Shown here one piece after another: positions 9,007 through 18,044 of a stretch of DNA of 32,000 nt. How positions within the stretch are numbered: position 1 is the first letter of the stretch; every line of letters starts with the position of its first letter. The notes under the pieces were generated by a model. That model was not told the origin of the DNA. It saw nothing but the letters and a program-made list of their open reading frames with translations, and ran no database searches. Source of the stretch: Candidatus Altimarinota bacterium (lineage in GTDB: Bacteria; Patescibacteriota; Gracilibacteria; UBA1369). A program made the translations under genes and the position numbers. Location of the stretch: positions 52,013-84,012 of the forward strand of contig JBAZYK010000008.1 of assembly GCA_041659405.1 (NCBI GenBank). Direction: 5' to 3'.

Positions 9007-11664
9007 ATGAAACAAATCGAAAAAACATACGAGGCCAAAAATTTTGAAGATAACATCTATCAACAATGGGAAAAATCCGGGCTTTTTACTCCAAAAATCG
9101 TTACAGGGAAGAAGCCTTTTACGATTTCGATGCCACCTCCAAATGCCACCGGCACACTCCATTTGGGACATGCAATTATGCTTGCGGTTGAAGATATTCT
9201 GGTTCGTTATAAAAGAATGCAGGGGTTTCCAACTTTGTGGGTTCCGGGCACCGACCATGCCGGTATTGCAACTCAGAACAAAGTTGAAAAAATCATTGCC
9301 GAAGAAGGACTGACCCGCCACAGTCTTGGGCGCGAGGCGTTTCTTAAACGCGTTCATGAATTTGTGGCAGGTTCACAATCAACCATCCGCAAACAAATGC
9401 GAAAAATGGGCACAAGCTGCGATTGGACCAGAGAAAGATATACGCTTGATGATGGGCTTTCCAAAGCTGTTAGAGAAATTTTTACCCGCATGTATAATGA
9501 TGGTTTGATTTACCGCGGAAAGCGCATTGTAAACTGGTGCGTACGTTGCAGTTCCACGCTTGCGGACGATGAAGTTAATTTCAAAGAGGAAAAGAGCAAA
9601 TTTTATTATTTCAAATACGGTCCGGTTGTTATTGGTACGGCCCGTCCGGAAACCAAATTTTTGGATAAGGTCATAGTTGCGCATCCAGATGACAAAAGAT
9701 ACAAAAAATATTTCGATAAAGAAATGACAGTTCCTTGGATTAAAGGTGATATTAAAGCCCAATTTATTGCTGATAAAAGCGCAGACCAGGAATTCGGAAC
9801 AGGAGCCATGACCATCACACCAGCCCACGATTTTATTGATTTTGAGATTGCCCAAAAACACAAACTGGAAATCGTTCAGATCATTGATCAAAACGGCAAT
9901 TTTACCGACGTGGTGGGTCCTGAATTTGCCGGAAAAAATGCCCGGGATTCAAGAGAAGCAATTGTTAAAATACTTGCGGAAAAAGGCCTTTTAGAGCGCG
10001 TTGACGAAAACTACGTCCACAACCTTTCGGTTTGTTACAGATGCGGAAGTCCGGTTGAACCGTTAATTTCAGAGCAGTGGTTTATTGACGTTAGCAAGCC
10101 GGTAATCAAAGAAGGCGGCAAGCTGATAAGCCTTAAACAAAAAGCCGCGGAAGCGGTTAAAGATGGCAAAATTGAAATTATTCCCGATCGCTTTAATAAA
10201 ATATATTTTCACTGGCTCAATAACCTAAGAGATTGGTGTATTTCCAGGCAAATCTGGTTTGGACATCAGATTCCGGTTTGGTATTGTCAGGAAAAAGCTG
10301 AATCAAAATGCAGTCAGCCAATAGTACAAACCGAGGCTCCAACAAAATGCCCACATTGCGGATCAGCCAAAATCACGCGCGATCCGGACACTTTGGATAC
10401 CTGGTTTTCTTCCGGGTTATGGACTTTTTCCACACTTGGCTGGCCGGAAAAAACTAAGGAACTGGAATATTTTCATCCAACTTCGGTATTGGAAACCGGC
10501 TATGACATTCTCTTTTTCTGGGTAGCCCGCATGGTTTTAATGACGACCTATGCTTTGCATGAAATACCATTCGAAAAAGTTTATCTGCATGGTTTGGTAA
10601 GAGATAAAGAGGGCAGAAAGATGAGCAAATCTCTTGGTAATGGAATTGATCCGTTGGATATGATCGAAAAATTTGGAACGGATTCTGTCCGTTTAAGTCT
10701 GGTCATTGGAACTTCACCGGGTAATGATTTTAGGCTTTATGAAGAAAAGATTGCCGGATATCGCAACTTTGTTAACAAGATCTGGAATGGGGCCCGTTTT
10801 GCGTTAATGAACCTGCCGGAAAACTATGAACCCAAGGAGTTTAACAAAAAATCCATCAACTCATTGGCTGATAAATGGATCGTTTCCAAATTACAAAAAC
10901 TGATTAAAGAAGTTACCGAAGATCTTGATAATTTTAGGCTTTCCGAAGCCGGAACCAAGATTTACGATTTTACCTGGAGCCAATATTGCGACTGGTACCT
11001 TGAAGTTTCCAAAGGCCAAATGAACGCGGATGTTTTGATTTATGTCTTAAAGACCCTGCTTCAATTACTTCACCCTTTTGTTCCATTTGTAACCGAAGTT
11101 TTGTGGGAACATTTAGGTGAAAAAAAGCTTCTTTTGGGCGAAGATTGGCCAAAGTTAGATAAAACTCTAATGTTTGAAAAAGAGGAAAAAGAGTTTGAAG
11201 TTGTTCAGTCGTTAATTACCGCGATCAGGAGCATCAGGGCGGAAGCGGGCATTGAACCGGTTAAAAAATTAAACGTTATTATCTATGGCGGAAAATATAC
11301 GAATATCATAGAACAAAAGCAGGAAGCCCTGATCCGAATGGCGCGTTTGGAAAAACTTACGCTGGAACAAAAAGGCGAAAAAATAGAGCATGCAATCTGG
11401 AAATACGTTGATGGGGTAGACCTTTATATCCCCATGAAAGACATTTTCGATATTGGTAAAGAAAAGCAAAAAGTTCAAAAAAAGCTTCAGGAAGCCGATC
11501 AGAAAATAAAAAGCCTGGAGGCAAAATTATCAAATCCCGGGTTTTTGCAAAAGGCTCGCCCGGAAATTGTGGCAAAGGAAAAAGAAATCTTTGCAGATCT
11601 TAAAAACGAACTTGATGCCCTGGAAAAGAAATTAAAAGAACTTGAAGATTTGGCCAAAGAGTAG
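9007..11664 (+). CDS. valS: Valyl-tRNA synthetase
   Basis: PPPNATGTLHLGHA (HIGH), KMSKSLGN (KMSKS), and a C-terminal coiled coil; 885 aa. Confidence 0.97.
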   Translation: MKQIEKTYEAKNFEDNIYQQWEKSGLFTPKIVTGKKPFTISMPPPNATGTLHLGHAIMLAVEDILVRYKRMQGFPTLWVPGTDHAGIATQNKVEKIIAEEGLTRHSLGREAFLKRVHEFVAGSQSTIRKQMRKMGTSCDWTRERYTLDDGLSKAVREIFTRMYNDGLIYRGKRIVNWCVRCSSTLADDEVNFKEEKSKFYYFKYGPVVIGTARPETKFLDKVIVAHPDDKRYKKYFDKEMTVPWIKGDIKAQFIADKSADQEFGTGAMTITPAHDFIDFEIAQKHKLEIVQIIDQNGNFTDVVGPEFAGKNARDSREAIVKILAEKGLLERVDENYVHNLSVCYRCGSPVEPLISEQWFIDVSKPVIKEGGKLISLKQKAAEAVKDGKIEIIPDRFNKIYFHWLNNLRDWCISRQIWFGHQIPVWYCQEKAESKCSQPIVQTEAPTKCPHCGSAKITRDPDTLDTWFSSGLWTFSTLGWPEKTKELEYFHPTSVLETGYDILFFWVARMVLMTTYALHEIPFEKVYLHGLVRDKEGRKMSKSLGNGIDPLDMIEKFGTDSVRLSLVIGTSPGNDFRLYEEKIAGYRNFVNKIWNGARFALMNLPENYEPKEFNKKSINSLADKWIVSKLQKLIKEVTEDLDNFRLSEAGTKIYDFTWSQYCDWYLEVSKGQMNADVLIYVLKTLLQLLHPFVPFVTEVLWEHLGEKKLLLGEDWPKLDKTLMFEKEEKEFEVVQSLITAIRSIRAEAGIEPVKKLNVIIYGGKYTNIIEQKQEALIRMARLEKLTLEQKGEKIEHAIWKYVDGVDLYIPMKDIFDIGKEKQKVQKKLQEADQKIKSLEAKLSNPGFLQKARPEIVAKEKEIFADLKNELDALEKKLKELEDLAKE

Positions 11665-11757
11665 AATATTGGCTGCTTTGTCATCTTTTGCATGGCAAAA
11701 AGCGATAAAATAGGTTAAAATAAAGAGAAACAATCACAAACTTAGACACAAAAGCCC

Positions 11758-12693
11758 ATGGCTATAACAGACGCAAAATCGTTAATAAAGGCGAATTATC
11801 AACTCATTCTTGATTACGTTGAGCAGGAAAAATGGGCTGACGCTCATCGTGCCTGTCTGGAAATTCTTCGTTTTGATCCCGAGAACATCAAGATAATTCG
11901 TCTTAAAAGTAAGATCGAAAACACAGTTCGCAAGTTGAATCGGGATTCGGTAAAAAAAGATCTGGAAATGCTGGAGCCGCTTTGGAAAGAGAAAAAGTTT
12001 GCCGATATTTTGGCTTATTTACAAAAATTACAAGCTTTTACGGCTGATTATCCGCCGCTTTTGCAAGTCATGAAAAAAGCGCAAGAGGCCTACAATCAGC
12101 AGGTTTATGAACAGCAGGAAGAATATTTTGGGAAAGATTTCGAACGAATTTTACAACTCGTTAAAGAAAAGAAATTTGGGGAGTGCCTACGTGAAGCCGA
12201 AAAGTTACGTTTACTGAAAATTAATGAATCTCAAGTTAAAAAGCTCATCGGCAAAATCAGAACAGACTGGATCAACAGCGAAATTCAGGAAAATCAAACC
12301 CTGCTTCAAAGCCAAAGATATGAAGATATTTTGCTCTTTTATCAAAGATTAATACGAATCGATTCAAAATCAACCTTATTGGAAAAACTGATTAAGGAAA
12401 CAAAAAAAGACTATCAATTTTATAAAATCGATGAAAAAAAGGAATTCATTTATAAAAGCACCGAAGAAATCCGTACGCTATATTTAATCAAAAAGTACGA
12501 CAAAGCCATCAAGGCCGCAAAAGAAATTCTTGATATCGACCCAAGAAATAAAGAAATCAAAAGTCTTTATGGTAAATCACAAAGAAAATATCACAGGCAA
12601 CTGCAAAAAGAAGTGATCGCCCAAATGCTTGGCTCACAGAGGCAATATAAACCCATCTATAAAGAAAACAAAAAAGCCTTCCGCAGGATCTAA
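11758..12693 (+). CDS. Hypothetical TPR-like helical-repeat protein
   Basis: 311 aa with repeated A..A...L..DP.N motifs (CLEILRFDPEN, AKEILDIDPRN). Confidence 0.6.
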   Translation: MAITDAKSLIKANYQLILDYVEQEKWADAHRACLEILRFDPENIKIIRLKSKIENTVRKLNRDSVKKDLEMLEPLWKEKKFADILAYLQKLQAFTADYPPLLQVMKKAQEAYNQQVYEQQEEYFGKDFERILQLVKEKKFGECLREAEKLRLLKINESQVKKLIGKIRTDWINSEIQENQTLLQSQRYEDILLFYQRLIRIDSKSTLLEKLIKETKKDYQFYKIDEKKEFIYKSTEEIRTLYLIKKYDKAIKAAKEILDIDPRNKEIKSLYGKSQRKYHRQLQKEVIAQMLGSQRQYKPIYKENKKAFRRI

Positions 12694-12702
12694 AACACAC
12701 AT

Positions 12703-13764
12703 TTAATTGGCTTTAACCTTGGCCAGCGCGTATTGTTTACGACCCACACGAATAAATTCCGGGGAGTTTTTTAAGTTAAGCAGCACGGTAATCGGTTTAA
12801 CCTGGCGCACTTTTAAAACCTCATCAATGATTTCCTCCTGGTGAAGAGACTGATTCTTATTCAGGAGTGTCTTAATTACGTCAGAAACGGTCCCGTGACT
12901 GTAGCCCCACTCTTTTAGCGCATAAATGCCCCGGCCGATTAAAACAAAGTCCTGGCAGCGTATAAGTTCATTGTGAACAGCCTGAAGATTTACATTTTTA
13001 TGATCAAACCCGGAAGTAATAATCTTACTTTGAATATCAATAAAATGAAGCGGCTTTTTATCTATCCTAAGAATAAAAAAGATTTTATCACGTAAAGTTC
13101 TTGGGTTGATATTTCGCCATTCGTAAAGGCCGACCGAACTATCATTGATAAGCTTAAAATTCTTTTGAATTTGCAGCAAAGATTTAAGTGAATCAATTGT
13201 GAAGGATTTTGCCTCGAATGAAGACTTCAATTCATTGAACACTTGTCCAATTCCAACAACTTCTTTTTCTTTATGTAAAAAATTTAAAGATTTTTCCGTA
13301 ATTTCATTAATCGTGCTTTCCGAAAAAACATTCAAACGCAGGTATGGATGAAACATGATTGTGTTTGGCATGCGCTCGAATCTTTTATCCACCGATGAAA
13401 CCAAAGAAATAACGGCAGTTGAAAACTCTGAAGTTTGATTAAAGAATTTTGAAAGCAGAATATCTTCACGCAAAATCCCCCCATTAGTAGAAAGCAAATC
13501 AAAAATTATATCGTTAATCGAGTGCAGAGGACTGTTCTCTACATTCCTTCTAAGCTTCTGCAGAGCGTTCTTTTCAATCTGGCGGATTCTTTCACGTGTT
13601 ACATGAAAATGCCTCCCAATTTGTTCGAGAGTAGCTCTTTTTTTCAAGTCCAGATTGAACCTTCTTTCAATGACGAATTTCTCTTTTTGTGATAGCAGCA
13701 GCAAAAATTGAGCTACATGCTGTTGTAATTGTTCAAAGACAAGATCAACAGAAGAAGAAGTCAT
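12703..13764 (-). CDS. Sigma-70 region-4-like HTH plus HARE-HTH DNA-binding protein (paralog of 5816-6943)
   Basis: LSQKEKFVIERRFNLD..ATLEQIGRHFHVTRERIRQIEKNALQKLRR, followed by PLHFIDIQSKIITSGF...FVLIGRGIYALKEWGY. The ORF track starts at GTG 13803; ATG 13764 is preferred. Confidence 0.8.
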   Translation of the reverse strand: MTSSSVDLVFEQLQQHVAQFLLLLSQKEKFVIERRFNLDLKKRATLEQIGRHFHVTRERIRQIEKNALQKLRRNVENSPLHSINDIIFDLLSTNGGILREDILLSKFFNQTSEFSTAVISLVSSVDKRFERMPNTIMFHPYLRLNVFSESTINEITEKSLNFLHKEKEVVGIGQVFNELKSSFEAKSFTIDSLKSLLQIQKNFKLINDSSVGLYEWRNINPRTLRDKIFFILRIDKKPLHFIDIQSKIITSGFDHKNVNLQAVHNELIRCQDFVLIGRGIYALKEWGYSHGTVSDVIKTLLNKNQSLHQEEIIDEVLKVRQVKPITVLLNLKNSPEFIRVGRKQYALAKVKAN

Positions 13765-13836
13765 TTCCAAAAAGTAAAATTCTGGAAATAAGTTATAACA
13801 CACTTAACCGAAATGCAAATTATTTTTAAAACAACT

Positions 13837-14496
13837 TTACGAGAAAATATAACCCGAGCATGGAACAGTGCGGATAAAATGCTCGTTATCTTTATGAATC
13901 TTTTTTCTTAATTTGTTGATGTGGACATCTACCGTATTTGTCATGATATTAGCATTCCGATCCCAGACATTTTCCAAAATGGTTCCGCGACTTAAAATCT
14001 TACCGGTATTCAGCATCATGAACTCCAAAAGTGCAAATTCTTTGCAGCGCAGGTAGATGGGCTCGTTTTTAAATTTCAATTCCCTTGATTCACGGTTCAA
14101 CTCAAGGTCACGAATTTTAATGGTGCTATTATTCATTTTTTCCTTAAAAAGGAAAATCTGAAATCGCATTTCCGCAGCAATCAATCTAAAAGGAAACGGC
14201 CGGACAAAAAGATTGGAAATTCTTTTATCTCTCCGTAAATAATCAACGATCAATGAATCAAACTCCGGCGCCAGAATTATTATCGGTAAATTTTTATATT
14301 TAAAACAGGCATCAACTATCGGTTCAAAATGGTTTAAATCCTTCATGTAAATAAAAATCGCGTCATAACCCAGAGCTTTTTCCGCAAGGTTTTCCGTTGG
14401 GTAAACTCTAACATCGGTTGGTAACTGTTCATATTCCAGTCCTTTAGCAATAAACTCACCTTTTTGGGGAAGGTTGGTGACAAGTAAAGTATGCAT
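13837..14496 (-). CDS. OmpR/PhoB-family winged-helix regulator with a degenerate (pseudo-)receiver domain
   Basis: The C-terminus LSRGTILENVWDRNANIMTNTVDVHINKLRKKI...RTVPCSGYIF is the trans_reg_C signature. The N-terminal domain lacks the acidic pocket (LLVTNLPQ) and the phospho-Asp (DAIFIYMKD), and has RPF in place of KPF. Confidence 0.8.
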   Translation of the reverse strand: MHTLLVTNLPQKGEFIAKGLEYEQLPTDVRVYPTENLAEKALGYDAIFIYMKDLNHFEPIVDACFKYKNLPIIILAPEFDSLIVDYLRRDKRISNLFVRPFPFRLIAAEMRFQIFLFKEKMNNSTIKIRDLELNRESRELKFKNEPIYLRCKEFALLEFMMLNTGKILSRGTILENVWDRNANIMTNTVDVHINKLRKKIHKDNEHFIRTVPCSGYIFS

Positions 14497-14650
14497 AGGC
14501 GAAGATGTTAAATGCTGACTCTGTTACCTGAATAATCCAAGCTCCCGGATATTGCAAGTGGCGATATTGGAGAAAATAGGAGTTTTTGCCTTCACAAAAA
14601 GAAAAAACTCAAATACACTTCGTGTTGTACAAGGTTCATCAACACCCCCT

Positions 14651-15703
14651 ATGCTTTCAAAACAAGACCTTATTTTAAAACTGGAACTGGCCAAATTCCC
14701 CAAGTTCCGCGCCAAGCAAATTATGGCTGCCATATACCAACAAGCAGTCGATAATTATGACGAAATCACCACTTTACCAAAGGAACTTAAAGAATACCTG
14801 AAAAAAAACATCGGAATAATGAGTCTAAAACCGGTCAGATCAATGGTTTCCAAGGATGGAAAAACCGAAAAAGCACTTTTTGAAACCAATGACGGCCAGA
14901 AAATCGAAGCGGTTTTAATGGAGTTTGATGATGGACGGGATTCCGTTTGCGTCTCTAGCCAGGCCGGATGCCAACTTGGTTGTAAATTTTGCGCCACCGG
15001 AACCTTAAAGTTTGGTCGTAATTTAACTTACGAAGAAATTTCCGATCAGGTTCTTTATTTTGCCCAAAAACTTCATAAAAAAGATCGTCATGTTACCAAT
15101 ATTGTTTTCATGGGCATGGGGGAGCCATTTATGAACTATGAAAACGTCATGGATTCGATCAGGAATATCAATGATCCCGATGGACTAAACATTGGCGCAC
15201 GCCATATTACCGTTTCCACATCAGGAATTTGCGAAGGTATTGAAAAACTTGCCGATGCCAAAATTCAGGTTAACTTGGCCGTAAGTCTTCATGCGCCTAC
15301 CCAGGAAATACGCCAAAAAATCATGCCAATTGCCCATAAATATCCTTTGGAACAATTGATGAAAGCAATTGAAGATTATATTCAAAAAACAAATCGTCGC
15401 GTTTCTTACGAATATGTAATGCTAAAAAACATCAATGATGGTGAAAAAGATGCAACAGCTCTGGCGCGACTTTTAAAAGGGCAGCTCTGCCACGTTAATC
15501 TGATCCCTTACAACGCAACCGGCATTCAGGGAATAGAAGGCAGTCACAAAAATAATATTAAAGTTTTTAGTGAAATCTTGAAAAATCGGGGCATTACCTC
15601 TACAATCCGAATGACCATGGGACAGGATATAGATGCCGCATGTGGTCAGCTTGCCAATAAAGAGGCAAGAGTGAAGAGTGGAAGCGCCAATCAGTCAAAA
15701 TAA
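14651..15703 (+). CDS. rlmN: 23S rRNA/tRNA A2503-C2 methyltransferase, radical SAM
   Basis: FRAKQIMAAIY at the N-terminus, CQLGCKFCATG (CxxxCxxC), GMGEPFMN, and the C-terminal ACGQL. The ORF track starts at TTG 14552; ATG 14651 is preferred. Confidence 0.93.
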   Translation: MLSKQDLILKLELAKFPKFRAKQIMAAIYQQAVDNYDEITTLPKELKEYLKKNIGIMSLKPVRSMVSKDGKTEKALFETNDGQKIEAVLMEFDDGRDSVCVSSQAGCQLGCKFCATGTLKFGRNLTYEEISDQVLYFAQKLHKKDRHVTNIVFMGMGEPFMNYENVMDSIRNINDPDGLNIGARHITVSTSGICEGIEKLADAKIQVNLAVSLHAPTQEIRQKIMPIAHKYPLEQLMKAIEDYIQKTNRRVSYEYVMLKNINDGEKDATALARLLKGQLCHVNLIPYNATGIQGIEGSHKNNIKVFSEILKNRGITSTIRMTMGQDIDAACGQLANKEARVKSGSANQSK

Positions 15704-15745
15704 AAGCCCAAACTTATAATTATTTTTAATTCTTAATTAAAAACT

Positions 15746-16009
15746 ATGGCAGATCCAAATCAACAGGTTCAGGTAAAAATCGATCCATCTTTAGAGCAGG
15801 GTGTTTACTCAAATGCAGTTTCGGTTCATGTAAATAGCAACGAAATTATTCTCGATTTTGGTTATATCATCCCAAACATGCAACCAATGACAATCAAGGT
15901 TGTAAACCGCGTTAATTTAAGCCATCAAACTGCGGAATCATTTATGAAAGTGCTTTCCAATGCGCTTCTTGACTGGAGAAATCGCCAAAAAGAAGAAAAA
16001 AAGGCTTAG
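15746..16009 (+). CDS. Small DUF3467-like protein
   Basis: 87 aa. GVYSNAVSVHVNSNEIILDFGY resembles the DUF3467 core, judged from memory of that family. Confidence 0.55.
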   Translation: MADPNQQVQVKIDPSLEQGVYSNAVSVHVNSNEIILDFGYIIPNMQPMTIKVVNRVNLSHQTAESFMKVLSNALLDWRNRQKEEKKA

Positions 16010-16038
16010 TCAAAATTTATAATTTATAATTGAAAAAA

Positions 16039-17421
16039 ATGGCCGAAGATTTAATGAATAAAATTGTTTCCCTAGCCAAAAGACGCGGCTTTGTTTTTCC
16101 GGGATCCGAGATTTACGGTGGGCTTGCCAATACTTGGGACTACGGTCCACTTGGCGTTGAACTTAAAGAAAACCTCCGTCAGGCCTGGTGGAAATTTTTC
16201 GTGCGTGAAAGAGCAGACATGGTGGGGCTTGATGCTGCTATTTTAATGAATCCAAAAGTTTGGCAGGCGAGCGGCCACGTGGAAAATTTTAACGATGCCC
16301 AGATTGATTGTAAAACCTGCAAAGGTCGTTTTAGAGCTGATCATTTGATTGAAGACTCCACAGACATCAAGGTGGAAGGCCTTTCAACCACAGACTTGGA
16401 TAAAATTATTGTCGAAAATCAGATTCAGTGCCCAAAATGCGGATCGAAAACTTTTACCAACACCCGCGTTTTCAATCTTTTATTCAGAACTTTTATTGGC
16501 CCGGTTGCCGGTGATACCGAACCTGTTTATTTGCGAGGAGAACTTGCTCAATCCATGTTCACCAATTTTAGAAACGTTTTGAATACTTCCCGCAAGAAGG
16601 TCCCTTTTGGTATTGCTCAAACCGGAAAATGCTTTAGAAACGAGATTACTCCCGGAAACTTTATTTTTAGAACGCTCGAATTTGATTTGATGGAATTAGA
16701 ATATTTTATTCACGAAAGTCAGTGGGAGAAGACATTTGAATATTGGCTTAATGAAATGCACCGCTGGGTTGAACACATCGGTCTTAAAAAAGAAAACACT
16801 CGCGTTCGTGAACATTCACAAGACGAATTATCGCACTATTCAAAACGAACAGTCGATATTGAATACAACACGCCATTTGGCTGGAAAGAGCTTTATGGCC
16901 TGGCATATCGCACCAATTTTGATCTTAAAAATCATACCGAAAAAAGTGGTGTGGATATGAGTTACCTGGACCCATACACCCAGGAAAGATATATTCCACA
17001 TGTAATTGAGCCGACTTTTGGTTTAAGCAGAACTTTTTTGATGACTCTTTTAAACGCCTATCATGAAGAAAAAGTTGAAGGTGATGAGGAGGGCGATACC
17101 CGCGTTGTGCTTAAGTTCAAGCCATCTTTGGCCCCATACAAGGTTGCAGTTTTACCTTTAATGAATAAGCTCAACGAGCAGGCCCGTGAAGTTTGGGAGA
17201 TGTTGAAGACAGACTTTATGGCTGATTTTGATACCAGCGGATCAATTGGAAAGCGCTATCGTCGTCAGGATGAAATTGGAACGCCATATTGTGTTACTGT
17301 TGATTTTGATACTGTTGAAAAAGATCAAAGCGTTACAATTCGCGACCGTGACACCATGAAACAGGATCGCATCAAGATAACTGATTTAAAAGCAGAATTA
17401 GCAAAAAGACTTCAGCTTTAA
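16039..17421 (+). CDS. glyQS: Glycyl-tRNA synthetase, dimeric alpha2 type
   Basis: [42 protein letters not shown], and a C-terminal anticodon-binding domain. A TTG at 16030 is an alternative start. Confidence 0.95.
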   Translation: MAEDLMNKIVSLAKRRGFVFPGSEIYGGLANTWDYGPLGVELKENLRQAWWKFFVRERADMVGLDAAILMNPKVWQASGHVENFNDAQIDCKTCKGRFRADHLIEDSTDIKVEGLSTTDLDKIIVENQIQCPKCGSKTFTNTRVFNLLFRTFIGPVAGDTEPVYLRGELAQSMFTNFRNVLNTSRKKVPFGIAQTGKCFRNEITPGNFIFRTLEFDLMELEYFIHESQWEKTFEYWLNEMHRWVEHIGLKKENTRVREHSQDELSHYSKRTVDIEYNTPFGWKELYGLAYRTNFDLKNHTEKSGVDMSYLDPYTQERYIPHVIEPTFGLSRTFLMTLLNAYHEEKVEGDEEGDTRVVLKFKPSLAPYKVAVLPLMNKLNEQAREVWEMLKTDFMADFDTSGSIGKRYRRQDEIGTPYCVTVDFDTVEKDQSVTIRDRDTMKQDRIKITDLKAELAKRLQL

Positions 17422-17445
17422 TTTAGAAAGTTTTAATTTAAAAGG

Positions 17446-17472
17446 GGTAGCTTAAGAGAGGCTACCTTTTTT
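17446..17472 (+). terminator. Intrinsic terminator after glyQS
   Basis: GGTAGC-cttaagagag-GCTACC followed by TTTTTT, about 25 nt after the stop. Confidence 0.6.
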
Positions 17473-17482
17473 AAATAAATTT

Positions 17483-17926
17483 ATGTGCGATTTTACCCAA
17501 AACAAAAACGATCAATTCAACAAAAACCCTAACGGCGGATCAAAAAAACAAATCCTGCTAAAAAACAGCGACCAGGCTTTTGCAATTTTAAAAGATATGA
17601 AAAACCTGAAGAAAGAGTATTTAAGGGGGCTTTTTATTAATTCCCGCTATTTTCTGATTCATGATGAAGTAATTTCAATGGGAACGCTAAATACCAACAT
17701 TGTGCACCCGCGTGAGATTTTTAGACCGGCAATAGAACACAACGCCTATGCCATTATTCTTGCGCATAATCATCCCAGCGGCGAATGTACACCAAGCCAA
17801 AAAGACCTGGAAATGACTGCGAAAATCGATGAAGCAGGCAAAATCCTTCAAATTCCCGTCCTTGATCATCTGATAATTGCTGAAAATGGTTATTTTAGCT
17901 TTCACAAAGCAGGATTAATGCCATAA
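17483..17926 (+). CDS. RadC-like JAB/MPN domain protein (short form, no N-terminal HhH region)
   Basis: HNHPSGECTPSQKDLEMT is the JAMM motif; 147 aa. Confidence 0.85.
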   Translation: MCDFTQNKNDQFNKNPNGGSKKQILLKNSDQAFAILKDMKNLKKEYLRGLFINSRYFLIHDEVISMGTLNTNIVHPREIFRPAIEHNAYAIILAHNHPSGECTPSQKDLEMTAKIDEAGKILQIPVLDHLIIAENGYFSFHKAGLMP

Positions 17927-17993
17927 AACAGGCAAAAATCGCTCGTTTTTCGCCAAAGAATCTTTTAAATACCGGGAAAGATCAGTAATACCC

Positions 17994-18022
17994 TTCAAAA
18001 AAAGGCTGATTCATGGTAAAAT
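17994..18022 (+). promoter_or_regulatory. Promoter, TTCAAA-17 nt-(TGg)TAAAAT, extended -10
   Basis: Seen directly, 23 nt upstream of ATG 18045. Confidence 0.45.
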
Positions 18023-18044
18023 AATATGATTTATAAGAAAAAAT

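Noticed and set aside
9379-9891. 170-aa and 85-aa minus-strand ORFs inside valS, and similar antisense ORFs inside dnaE, copA, RhuM (28359-28766) and the nuclease gene (29079-29264, 29593-29904)
   Set aside because: They are antisense to confidently identified genes. The P/H-rich or low-complexity translations are typical of shadow ORFs.
11680-11700. CTTTTGC-atg-GCAAAAG hairpin after valS as a terminator
   Set aside because: The loop is 3 nt, the stem is AT-rich, and no U-tract follows on either strand.
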